Below are positions 48,550-57,802 of a DNA stretch of 64,000 nt, one piece after another. This stretch comes from Smithellaceae bacterium. Lineage in GTDB: Bacteria; Desulfobacterota; Syntrophia; Syntrophales; Smithellaceae. The DNA lies in assembly GCA_049514435.1 (NCBI GenBank), contig JBEKVB010000003.1:72131-136130 (forward strand), given 5' to 3'. Position 1 is the stretch's first letter, and the number at the start of each line of letters is the position of its first letter. A model generated the notes under the pieces. That model saw only the letters and a list, made by a program, of their open reading frames with translations, did no database searches and was not told the origin of the DNA. The position numbers and the translations under genes are program-made.

Positions 48550-51075
48550 TTAAGAGTCTATCTTTCGATAGAATATATTTTTTGCCAGTTCCGCCATTAA
48601 AATATAAAGCACCATAATGATCCCCAGTATCATCAGAAACGACATGGGCAGAGGCACAAAATCAAATATTTTCGCGAGTGGTGTAATAAAAGGAAAGATC
48701 AGCGTAGCAATAACAATAGAAATTGTGGCAATGAGGAGATATTTCCCCGGCCGGCTCTTAAAGAAAGGCCTTCTGCTGCGAATGACAAGCACAATAATTG
48801 AAGCGGAAATAACGGATTCCATAAACCATCCTGTTCGGAATTGATCCGTTGAAGCGTGCAGGATGAGCAACAGAACACCAAAAGTCAGATAATCGAAAAC
48901 TGAGCTGATCAAGCCAAAAGTGATCATGAATTTTTTAATAAAAGATATATTCCACCGTCTCGGTCGATTTACCATTTCTTCGTCTGTCCGATCCGTGGCA
49001 ATGGTCATTTCCGGAAAATCAGTCATCAGGTTCGTCAACAGAATTTGTTTGGGCAACAAGGGAAGAAAAGACAGAAACAGAGAAGCACCAGCCATGCTGA
49101 ACATGTTACCAAAATTAGCGCTGGTAGCCATAAAGACGTATTTCATGGTATTGGCCAGCGTAGTTCTCCCCTGATGGACACCTTGCACAAGCACCTCCAG
49201 ATTCTTTTCCAGAAGCACGATATCGGCCGATTCTTTAGCCACATCCACGGCAGTATCAACAGAAATACTCACGTCCGAGGCGTGGAGGGCGGAAACATCA
49301 TTGATGCCGTCTCCGATATAACCCACAACATGTCCGGCCTTCCTCAGCGCAAGGATAATGCGTTCTTTTTGATTGGGTTCTACTTCGGCAAAGATGTCCG
49401 TTTGGGTTACTTTTTGCAATAGAGCGGCATCACTTATTTCACGCAGTTCGGTACCGGTGAGGATTTTAGCATCAGGCTTTCCCACTTCCTGACTTATCTT
49501 GGCGGCGACGAGACAATTATCTCCGGTGATAATTTTCAGGGAAACACCGAGTTGCTTCAGGCGATTTATTGTTTCCAAAACTCCTTTTTTAGGCGGATCG
49601 AAGAAAAGCAGGAAACCGAGGAAGATCATGTCCCGCTCGGAATCTTTATTGATGACGGACTCACTTCCCATATCCCGCAGGGCAACACCAAGCACGCGGA
49701 AGCCCTGGCTGCTGAGCTCCTCGAACTTCTGCTGAATCTCTTGCGTCACTGTGATCGTGTCTATCTTATCCCCGGCCTTGTTCTCCGCAAAAGGGCAGAC
49801 AGCGAGCACATTCGAGAGTGCCCCTTTCGTAATTATTAAATACCGGCCATCCTTTTTGATCAGGATACTCAATCGCTTGCGGATGAAATCATAGGGAACC
49901 TCGTCAACTTTTTCATATCCGGAAATATCCTGTTTTTTATAAGAACGGATCGCGTCGTCGATAGGATTGGCAAAGCCTTTTTCATAGAAAGAATTCAGAT
50001 AGGCATGAAAGAAAACCCGCTCACTGGGATTGCCGTCGATGTCTATTGCCGAATCAAGGCATACGGTCCCTTCAGTTAGGGTTCCTGTCTTATCCGAGCA
50101 TAGAACGTTCATACTCCCGAAGTTTTCTATGGAGGCAAGCCGCTTTACTATGACCTTTTGCTGAGCCATTTTTCTGGCGCCGTGAGCCAGGTTGATGCTG
50201 ATTATGGCCGGCAGTAACTGCGGCGTCAGTCCGACAGCGAGGGCCAGAGAAAAAAGGAAGGATTCGAGAACAGGGCGATGAAAAAAGACATTGATGGCAA
50301 AAACGGCAATGACCAGTAACAGGGTCACTTCGAGCAGTAAATAACCAAACCGCCGGATGCCATGCTCAAATTCGGTTTCCGGTGGTTTCAATTTCAACCT
50401 CTCGGAGATTTTACCGAATTCCGCCTGCTTTCCCGTAAAAATCACAACAGCCCTGGCTGTACCGCTGACAACATGGGTTCCCATAAAAAGGCTGTTGGTG
50501 CGCTTGCTGAGGGGTGTTTCCGCCGGCAGCGTTCCGGCTTCCTTTTCCACCGGATAAGTTTCACCCGTCAAAGTTGCTTCATCGACAAAGAGATCCCTGG
50601 ATTCCAGAATCATGCCGTCGGCAGGAATCGCATCTCCGGCATTCAATATAACGACATCACCCGGAACAACATCTTCCAGCGCAATATCTTGCTCGCTGCT
50701 GTCACGAAGAACAGTGGTCTTGATCTTGACTATGGCCAGCATTTTTTCGAGAGCATCAACGGCGCCCTTTTCCTGCCAGAATCCCAGAAGACCGCTGATT
50801 AAAACGATCACAATAATAATAGCGGCATCTGCCGGGTCACGAAGAAAAGCAGAGAGCCCGGCTGCAAAAATCAAGGTCAGGATAATAGGACTTTTGAATT
50901 GGGCAATGAGCAGTGCCAGCGTGTCCGACCGTTTCGGGGATGAAAGAAGGTTGGCGCCATACTGGATCAGCCGTTGTTTGGCCTCCTCATTGCTTAATCC
51001 TTCCTTCTGTGCATTAAGCTGGGTCAATAAACCGAGCTGGGGAACACTCCAATATGTTGGCGGCTGCTGGATCAT
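48550..51075 (-). CDS. mgtA: magnesium-translocating P-type ATPase
   Basis: P-type motifs TGES-like TLTGETYP, phosphorylation site CSDKTGTLTEG, hinge GDGINDVSAL. 841 aa, 10-TM MgtA-like architecture. Confidence 0.88.
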   Translation of the reverse strand: MIQQPPTYWSVPQLGLLTQLNAQKEGLSNEEAKQRLIQYGANLLSSPKRSDTLALLIAQFKSPIILTLIFAAGLSAFLRDPADAAIIIVIVLISGLLGFWQEKGAVDALEKMLAIVKIKTTVLRDSSEQDIALEDVVPGDVVILNAGDAIPADGMILESRDLFVDEATLTGETYPVEKEAGTLPAETPLSKRTNSLFMGTHVVSGTARAVVIFTGKQAEFGKISERLKLKPPETEFEHGIRRFGYLLLEVTLLLVIAVFAINVFFHRPVLESFLFSLALAVGLTPQLLPAIISINLAHGARKMAQQKVIVKRLASIENFGSMNVLCSDKTGTLTEGTVCLDSAIDIDGNPSERVFFHAYLNSFYEKGFANPIDDAIRSYKKQDISGYEKVDEVPYDFIRKRLSILIKKDGRYLIITKGALSNVLAVCPFAENKAGDKIDTITVTQEIQQKFEELSSQGFRVLGVALRDMGSESVINKDSERDMIFLGFLLFFDPPKKGVLETINRLKQLGVSLKIITGDNCLVAAKISQEVGKPDAKILTGTELREISDAALLQKVTQTDIFAEVEPNQKERIILALRKAGHVVGYIGDGINDVSALHASDVSISVDTAVDVAKESADIVLLEKNLEVLVQGVHQGRTTLANTMKYVFMATSANFGNMFSMAGASLFLSFLPLLPKQILLTNLMTDFPEMTIATDRTDEEMVNRPRRWNISFIKKFMITFGLISSVFDYLTFGVLLLILHASTDQFRTGWFMESVISASIIVLVIRSRRPFFKSRPGKYLLIATISIVIATLIFPFITPLAKIFDFVPLPMSFLMILGIIMVLYILMAELAKNIFYRKIDS

Positions 51076-51279
51076 ATGGTTTGCTGGTATCTGAGAATTT
51101 AATACAACTGTCTCCGATTATGATCCGGGATATAGGCCTTGATCTGCGGATCATATGTCGGAAAATAAGGTTCTTTTTTTCAAAACCGGCTCCGATCCTT
51201 ATGGCCTAAAGATCATGGAGCTCAAGTTTTGTAATATTTCGCTTTACCGTAACCTGAGGGTCACCTACGACTTAACGGC

Positions 51280-51366
51280 TTACAGATGACCGATATAGAG
51301 CAACAGCAAAATCGCCAGAACATGTAATACCCACCAGCCCGGTTGGAACAATATAAAATATTTCAT
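51280..51366 (-). CDS. candidate 28-aa hydrophobic micro-protein
   Basis: ATG at 51366 preceded by GGAGAG. Sequence MKYFILFQPGWWVLHVLAILLLLYIGHL, then TAA. 12 nt after the upstream gene and upstream of mgtA. Not in the ORF track because it is under 60 aa. Confidence 0.4.
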   Translation of the reverse strand: MKYFILFQPGWWVLHVLAILLLLYIGHL

Positions 51367-51378
51367 GACACTCTCCTT

Positions 51379-51879
51379 CTATTTCCAAAAATAATAACCG
51401 ATAATGTAAACGGTGGTTAAGGTGACAACATGCACAAACCAAAATCCCATGTTCGGGAAGCGGAAAAACCTGCCGCTGCGCATCGGGGCGTCGGGCTCGT
51501 TTACTGTAAGCTCCAGTTCAAAAAGGGCTTTGCCCACGGCAAATTTCCCCCAAAGCAGCACGATATCAGCCAGGAGCGTTCCCATGAGGATTGTCTGTAG
51601 AGTCCATACTTCCGGGGGGTTTTTAATTGAAAAATGAGCCATAGCGATTGTACCGATGATTACCGTCATGCCATTGAGAAGATAAGCAAAAGAGATTGTT
51701 GATCGAAAAATAAAGAGGACAGGAATGATGACCACGCTGATAAACCCGGCCACGAGGGGTATATAATTTTCCGCGTCTTTGGCAAAAGGATGTATCCGCA
51801 GATGGAGCAGCCAGCCACCCAAAGCTAAAAAAAAGATGGCCAAAATCAATATTCTCCGGAGATTGTCTTTCTTCTTCAT
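51379..51879 (-). CDS. integral membrane protein, unknown function
   Basis: 166 aa with about 5 hydrophobic helices. GAGAGGTG RBS. Confidence 0.6.
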   Translation of the reverse strand: MKKKDNLRRILILAIFFLALGGWLLHLRIHPFAKDAENYIPLVAGFISVVIIPVLFIFRSTISFAYLLNGMTVIIGTIAMAHFSIKNPPEVWTLQTILMGTLLADIVLLWGKFAVGKALFELELTVNEPDAPMRSGRFFRFPNMGFWFVHVVTLTTVYIIGYYFWK

Positions 51880-51954
51880 AGTTCACCTCTCTTTTTTTAT
51901 TTTACGGACGTGTGACCTCGTGTGACCTTCAGGTTATTAGGTTATGCACTCGGT

Positions 51955-51980
51955 AAATAGGGAAAGCACCCTATTTTTTT
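51955..51980 (+). terminator. orphan intrinsic terminator on the plus strand
   Basis: ATAGGG-AAAGCA-CCCTAT hairpin followed by TTTTTTT. No plus-strand CDS precedes it. Confidence 0.5.
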
Positions 51981-51987
51981 AAAAAAC

Positions 51988-52027
51988 CACATGCTTAAAT
52001 ATACTCGCAATTTTCTTTATTTCAATT
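51988..52027 (-). promoter_or_regulatory. conserved sigma-70-type promoter module R5, copy 3
   Basis: Minus strand TTGAAA (52025-52020), 16 nt spacer, TATATT (52003-51998). The 40-nt block is near-identical to 43654-43693. Confidence 0.6.
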
Positions 52028-52256
52028 CTTTTTTTAAACGAAGGCTGAAATCTGATTTGTGTCCAAGATTTAATTGACATACAGAACTGAATTTCTTATA
52101 CTCGCCTTTAAAGAGAAAGCTCTTATCAATTCAACTTAATTTACAACAGCTAAGCTTCCAGTTCTGCCAAAAGATACCCGGCGTCTGATCATTATGGAAA
52201 TATTCTCTTTTTCGTGAATCGTGTTTGCAATTGCCGGTGGAGGTCCGGCGAAGAAA

Positions 52257-54047
52257 ATGAAAAATGATAAAAAATCCGAGCAAGAAGCCGCGAAGTTGGA
52301 GCAAAATGATCAAACCAGCAAGCTCATAGCTTCCCTGCAAGAATCTTTGCAAAGATACGAGACGATCCTCAATGATCTCGATGTCTACCTTGGAGAAACG
52401 GATCTCGAGGGAAACATTACTTTCATCAACGATGCCGGATGCAGATTGGCGGAATTGTCGCGGAGAATATTGATAGGTCGTCACTATAAGACTTTTACTG
52501 ATCCGGAGACAGCAGAGAGGATTCGTCAAATTTATGAAAATATATACAAAACCGGCATTCCAGCCAAGAATGTAATTTTTGAAGTCATCGACAAGCATGG
52601 CCGGCGAAGAACGGTCGACCAATCCGTTTCTCTGATTCGCAATACGGAAGGAGTTATTACGGGCTTCCGCAATGTGTCACTTGATATTACCGCCCGCAAA
52701 GAAGCGGAAAATAAATTGACCGAACATCGCTCCCGGCTGGAAGCTATTTTTAGGAGTGTCAAGGATGCCATCATTACCGTTGATCCCAATCTTATTGTCA
52801 TAGAAGCAAATAAATCAATGGAGAATATCTGTGGTACAGAAGTCGAGGAAATTGTCGGTAAGGAATTCCCCCAATGCCAACAGCATTGCAATCAAGCCTG
52901 CCATGAGGTCCTCGGGCAAACGCTGGAAAAGAAGACGGCAATTAAGGAATATCGAATAGAATGCGAGAATCAACATCGGCTTCAACAGGTAGTCAACGTA
53001 TCCAGTTCTCCCCTTCTTGATCCACAGGGTAAATTCATGGGAGCGGTACTTATCATTCGAGATATCACGTTGTTGAGAGAAATAGAAAGGGAATTGCGGG
53101 AGCGCAACCAATTTCAAAATCTGATCGGCAGAAACAAGACCATGCAGGATATTTACAGCCTATTGGAGGATTTGGCTAATCTGGATACAGCGGTTCTAGT
53201 GACAGGTGAAAGCGGCACAGGGAAAGAGCTGGTGGCCCGTGCGCTGCATTACAGCGGGAACCGGGCTTTTAAACCTTTTGTTACAGTCAATTGTTCGGCA
53301 CTGGCGGAAAGCCTGCTGGAGAGCGAGCTGTTTGGCCATGTGCGAGGCGCGTTTACCGGAGCTATCAAGGATAAACAAGGAAGATTTCAGGCCGCTAATG
53401 GCGGGACGATTCTTCTCGATGAGATCGGGGACATATCGCCAATGATTCAGTTAAAACTTCTTCGTGTATTGCAGGAAAAGGAATTTGAGAGAGTGGGTGA
53501 ATCAACGCCTCAAAAGGTAGACGTTCGTGTAATTGCCAGCACCAACAAAGACCTCAAAGGAAAAGTCAACCGCGGTGAATTCCGGCAGGATCTTTATTAT
53601 CGTCTCAAGGTCGTGGAAGTCGCCTTGCCGCCCCTTCGGGAACGGCTGGAGGATTTACCCCTTTTGGTGGATCATTTCCGCTGTTCTTTTAATGAAAGAT
53701 TCAACAAGCATGTCGAGGGCATATCCAATGAGGTTTTAAGTACTTTTATGGATTATAATTGGCCGGGCAATGTGCGGGAACTGGAGCATGTTATGGAACA
53801 TGCTTTTGTCCTTTGCCATGGAGCAACCATTACCATACATCATTTACCGGTGGATCTTCGAAATATTGAGCAAATCAATGATTTACCGCAGATTAAAACC
53901 CCGGCTAAGAAATTCAACGGCGGCCAGGATATTCTGGATGCTTTAAATAAAACCGGCTGGAATAAGACCAAAGCCGCACGCTTGTTGGGCATTAGCCGGC
54001 AAACTGTTTATCGTAAAATCAATAGCCAGCAATTCACGAACAAATAA
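52257..54047 (+). CDS. PAS-domain sigma-54-dependent transcriptional activator
   Basis: Two PAS-like regions. AAA+ GESGTGKE, GAFTGA, ESELFG. C-terminal HTH KTKAARLLGISRQTVYRKI. First ATG is at 52257 within ORF 52221... Confidence 0.92.
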   Translation: MKNDKKSEQEAAKLEQNDQTSKLIASLQESLQRYETILNDLDVYLGETDLEGNITFINDAGCRLAELSRRILIGRHYKTFTDPETAERIRQIYENIYKTGIPAKNVIFEVIDKHGRRRTVDQSVSLIRNTEGVITGFRNVSLDITARKEAENKLTEHRSRLEAIFRSVKDAIITVDPNLIVIEANKSMENICGTEVEEIVGKEFPQCQQHCNQACHEVLGQTLEKKTAIKEYRIECENQHRLQQVVNVSSSPLLDPQGKFMGAVLIIRDITLLREIERELRERNQFQNLIGRNKTMQDIYSLLEDLANLDTAVLVTGESGTGKELVARALHYSGNRAFKPFVTVNCSALAESLLESELFGHVRGAFTGAIKDKQGRFQAANGGTILLDEIGDISPMIQLKLLRVLQEKEFERVGESTPQKVDVRVIASTNKDLKGKVNRGEFRQDLYYRLKVVEVALPPLRERLEDLPLLVDHFRCSFNERFNKHVEGISNEVLSTFMDYNWPGNVRELEHVMEHAFVLCHGATITIHHLPVDLRNIEQINDLPQIKTPAKKFNGGQDILDALNKTGWNKTKAARLLGISRQTVYRKINSQQFTNK

Positions 54048-54052
54048 ACAAC

Positions 54053-54100
54053 TGTAACTTGTTACAACAGTGTCACGATACATAAGTGTAACATGTTACA
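54053..54100. promoter_or_regulatory. pair of 14-bp palindromes, candidate enhancer (UAS) for the adjacent sigma-54 activator
   Basis: TGTAACTTGTTACA (54053-54066) and TGTAACATGTTACA (54087-54100), centres 34 bp apart. They start 6 nt after the activator stop codon. Confidence 0.55.
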
Positions 54101-54182
54101 ACCTACACGATAAAAATATTCACCTATCAATATAAAACATAATGATTACTCCAAACTATATATATGCATATCTTCATGCTTC

Positions 54183-54198
54183 TGGCATGTTTTTTGAT
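54183..54198 (+). promoter_or_regulatory. sigma-54 (-24/-12)-like promoter, distal candidate
   Basis: TGGCAT-N5-TTGA compared with consensus TGGCAC-N5-TTGC. Confidence 0.4.
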
Positions 54199-54361
54199 AA
54201 TAAATTTGCTTAAGCTATTATCCAAAATAGAATTAATGCTCAATTATAGAGAAGGTATTATCCCTAATGATTTTAATCCGGGGAATGCCAGTTTGCAATT
54301 TTAACTACCCTCTATATATCTATCGGTTAAAATAAAGCACAAATTCATATAGTTGTAAAGT

Positions 54362-54377
54362 TGGCAGTTTTATTGTT
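54362..54377 (+). promoter_or_regulatory. sigma-54 (-24/-12)-like promoter, proximal candidate
   Basis: TGGCAG-N5-TTGT, 42 nt upstream of the ATG at 54419. Confidence 0.45.
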
Positions 54378-54418
54378 CTTTAAGATTGGTAAATAAACTA
54401 TACGGAGGAATTATAATT

Positions 54419-56047
54419 ATGAAAAAGAAAAAGTTATCAGATTTTGTTAAGCAGATGAAGTTAACGATGTTCGCAGTTAGTGTTGCCTGTCTTATGTTCA
54501 TGCTGTCCTGTATTACACCTGTGTCGGCTGCCGCTTATGTCTATTCCACCGCTGCGGTGACCTTCACCTCCGCTGACGGAACCCAATTGGCGGGTACTGT
54601 ATTTATTCCCCAGGCGACAAGTGCAAGCCAGACCTTTCCGGCAATTATCTTTATTAACAGCTGGGCTTTTGAAGAGGAAGAATACACTGTTCAGGCCGCA
54701 ATGTTCGCTTCTCAAGGTTATATTGTTCTCAGCTACGATGCGCGTGGCTGGTATTCGTCCACCGGACTAATCGATGTTGCAAAACCTGCAGATGTACAAG
54801 ACCTCTCTGCGGCGGTTGACTGGCTGCAGGCTAACACTCCTGTTGATATGAAAAACATCGGCGCTGCGGGCATATCCTATGGTGCAGGTATATCCCTTTT
54901 AGGTCTCGCCGGTGAGCCCCGTATCAAGACTGCGGCGTCCATGAGCGGTTGGGGAAGTCTCACCAGGGCCCAGTACGAACAGCAGACCCCATCACTGGTC
55001 TGGGGCGCCATTCTTGTTGCCCTAAGCTATCTCGGAAGGCCTGACCCTGCTATTCTTCAGGGTTTTAACGATCTCATTCTTCAGCAAAATATTCCCGCTG
55101 TTGTCGCTGCCATGGAAATTAGCTCCCCGATCAATTACGTGGGCAACATAAATGCCCGCAAGGCACCTGTCTACTTCAGCAACAACTGGGATGATGACCT
55201 GTTTAAGCCCAATTCAATCCTCGACATGTTTTCACAGCTGACTGGCCCGAAGCATCTCGACCTGCTTGCAGGGATACATATGAGTGCAGAAATTTCAGGA
55301 CTTCTCGGCCTTCCTGGCCTTCCTTGGGATAACGTCCATTCCTGGTTCGATTACTGGCTGAAAGGGATAAATAACGGCTTCATGAGCCAGCCTGCAGTCA
55401 CCATGGCGGTCAAGCATACATCGGACACAACAACATTTGCCAGCTGGCCCAGCAGCACTGTCGCCACAAAGACCTTTTACCTCGGGCCCCGAGCCTTCAA
55501 CCCGAGCGGCAAAGGAACTCTCAACAACAGCGCCAACTTAGTAAGCTTTACCGATGCAATCCTCTCTGGTCTGGACACACTGGCAACATCAGGTCAGGTT
55601 CCGGTGATTGCTCAGTTGCTTGAACCGGTTGTTCCGATTACCGTATCCATGTCTGCAATCAGTGTGGTAAACGGTATCGTCTATCAGTCAGGCGCGCTCA
55701 GTTCAGGTATTAAACTGAGAGGGATTCCGAAACTGAATATCTGGATAACCCCATCCCTTGCCCAGGCTGAGCTGGTGGTGTATCTCTATGACGTTGACTC
55801 CACCGGAACAGGCACCCTGATTACCCACGGCCCTGTAAGCCTCCACTCTGCAACCCCGGGAAAGACCATACAACTTTCTATGGAGCTTACAGCCACCGCA
55901 TGGGACGTCCCCGCAGGTCATAGGCTGGCTATTGCCATAGATACTTATGACCCTCTGTACAGTGTGCCAACTCTCAGCCTGTACACTGTTGGGTTCCCCT
56001 TGAGCGCTGGTAAACAGTCTGTTCTGACAGTACAGTACGTGAACTGA
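54419..56047 (+). CDS. secreted CocE/NonD-family (S15 X-Pro dipeptidyl-peptidase-like) alpha/beta hydrolase
   Basis: Signal peptide. FPAIIFINSW...GYIVLSYDARGWYSSTG and GISYGAG nucleophile elbow. GGAGGA RBS before 54419. Confidence 0.78.
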   Translation: MKKKKLSDFVKQMKLTMFAVSVACLMFMLSCITPVSAAAYVYSTAAVTFTSADGTQLAGTVFIPQATSASQTFPAIIFINSWAFEEEEYTVQAAMFASQGYIVLSYDARGWYSSTGLIDVAKPADVQDLSAAVDWLQANTPVDMKNIGAAGISYGAGISLLGLAGEPRIKTAASMSGWGSLTRAQYEQQTPSLVWGAILVALSYLGRPDPAILQGFNDLILQQNIPAVVAAMEISSPINYVGNINARKAPVYFSNNWDDDLFKPNSILDMFSQLTGPKHLDLLAGIHMSAEISGLLGLPGLPWDNVHSWFDYWLKGINNGFMSQPAVTMAVKHTSDTTTFASWPSSTVATKTFYLGPRAFNPSGKGTLNNSANLVSFTDAILSGLDTLATSGQVPVIAQLLEPVVPITVSMSAISVVNGIVYQSGALSSGIKLRGIPKLNIWITPSLAQAELVVYLYDVDSTGTGTLITHGPVSLHSATPGKTIQLSMELTATAWDVPAGHRLAIAIDTYDPLYSVPTLSLYTVGFPLSAGKQSVLTVQYVN

Positions 56048-56127
56048 TCCTTTCATTTCATTTTATCCCCGAACCGCCTCTATATGGGGCAGTCCGGGTA
56101 TTTTGATTTATTAAAGGAGGTAAAAAT

Positions 56128-57717
56128 ATGATAGCGAAAAGAATCTTTTTGTTGTGTGTAGTGTTTATTTTGACAGGGTGGATTTCTGCCTATGGTGCCG
56201 TAACGTCTGTTACGGAAAATATGCCCGGTAGCGGCACGTACGGCCACCCCTACAATGCAGTACCGGTCACGGAAGTCTATCCGGGCGCGCCGGTGATTGA
56301 TCTTGCAGCTCTCGGCTACGTGGAACGGGAGTTCATCATCTCGGGCACAGCCAATACCTATAATCCAAAGGGAATATGGGGCTCGAACGGCAAGTGGAAC
56401 GTTTCTGTTGCTAACGCGAACGTACCGTACACCACGCGCATCATCGTTCGATACCCGACCAGTTCGGCCAAGTTCAACGGCACGGTCGTCTTCGAGTGGC
56501 TGAATGAGATAACGTTTTCCTCGACTTCACCCGACTGGGCGGACTCCCACGATTTCTTCTTCCGGGAGGGTTACGCCTATGTTGGCGTCACCGCCCAAAA
56601 CCTCAATGCGGGTCCGGTGTTCCTGAAGTGGTGGGATCCGGTGCGTTACGGCAATCTGTCAATTAGCGCGGACGGGTTATCATATGACATTTTCACGCAA
56701 GCGGCCCAGGCCGTCAAGACCTACTCGTCGACGATATTAGGCGGACTCACGCCGAAAAAGCTGCTCGCGTGCGGTGATTCGGCATCGGCCATCCGGCTGA
56801 CCACCTACGTCAACGCGATCCATCCCCTCGCCCACCTCTACGACGGCTTTTTGATCCACGGTCGAGCCAGCACCGAGGCCCCGATCGACAACGGCATTAT
56901 ATCGCTTGCCCCGATCACCCAGATCCGCACGGACAACACCACCCCGGTGATCCAACTCCAGGCCGAAGGGGACCTCTACGAGCTCTTTTTCTCGTACGGT
57001 CGGCAGCCGGACAACAACTACCTGCGCACCTGGGAGATGGCGGGTGCAGCACACATCGATCTCCACGAAGGCATCTACGAAGTGACCGTGGCCTATCGGG
57101 ACCTCGGTTGGGTTCCGCCGGTATGCAACTTTGGTGTGCCATCGGATTTCGGCGGCGGACTGGCAAACAGCATGCCCAATTATCGCATCGAGAACGCCGC
57201 CTGGGCGGCTCTCAACAAATGGGTCAACGCGGGCACACGCGCACCTCAAGCGCCACAGATCCAGACGAATCCGTTTTTTTTTAATGCCATCGTGTATGAC
57301 CAATATGGCAATGCGACGGGTGGTCTCCGTCTACCCGACATTGCCGTACCGATAAAGACCTATACCACGTGGAACACGAACACGGAAGCCCTCACCATCC
57401 TCGGCGATAGCCTCAGTAATATCAATGCCAGTACCATGGCCAGCGACCTGTGGAACATATACCAGGCTGTCACTAATCCCGTGTGGGCAGTTAATCCCAC
57501 CACCATGGCTGAGCGTGAATTAGGTATTTGCATATTGGAAGGCTTCGATACGCCGTTCAGCACCCAGGTTCTGGGGAAATTATATTCTTCACCCAGCGAC
57601 TACGTTACGAAATACACGGCAGCAGCCAATAAGCTCTTGAACGCCGGCTTTTTGACCCAGGTGGATTACGACGAGGCGATCGCAGAAGCTAATGCTAATA
57701 GCGTTTTAATCCCCTAA
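56128..57717 (+). CDS. secreted protein, putative alpha/beta-hydrolase-domain protein
   Basis: 529 aa with signal peptide. LLACGDSASA resembles a G-x-S-x-G-type elbow. GC-rich segment. AAGGAGG RBS. Confidence 0.55.
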   Translation: MIAKRIFLLCVVFILTGWISAYGAVTSVTENMPGSGTYGHPYNAVPVTEVYPGAPVIDLAALGYVEREFIISGTANTYNPKGIWGSNGKWNVSVANANVPYTTRIIVRYPTSSAKFNGTVVFEWLNEITFSSTSPDWADSHDFFFREGYAYVGVTAQNLNAGPVFLKWWDPVRYGNLSISADGLSYDIFTQAAQAVKTYSSTILGGLTPKKLLACGDSASAIRLTTYVNAIHPLAHLYDGFLIHGRASTEAPIDNGIISLAPITQIRTDNTTPVIQLQAEGDLYELFFSYGRQPDNNYLRTWEMAGAAHIDLHEGIYEVTVAYRDLGWVPPVCNFGVPSDFGGGLANSMPNYRIENAAWAALNKWVNAGTRAPQAPQIQTNPFFFNAIVYDQYGNATGGLRLPDIAVPIKTYTTWNTNTEALTILGDSLSNINASTMASDLWNIYQAVTNPVWAVNPTTMAERELGICILEGFDTPFSTQVLGKLYSSPSDYVTKYTAAANKLLNAGFLTQVDYDEAIAEANANSVLIP

Positions 57718-57802
57718 TAACGGGTTCATCGATTTTCATCCGCTTACGGACGGCATACCATCCGTAAGCGGATTCGTTTCCTTTGGGCCGGAATTACATT
57801 TT

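Noticed and set aside
51076-51279. An M-box (ykoK) Mg2+ riboswitch in the mgtA leader.
   Set aside because: I could not recognise the conserved M-box core by eye. This remains a check to run (Rfam scan), not a call.
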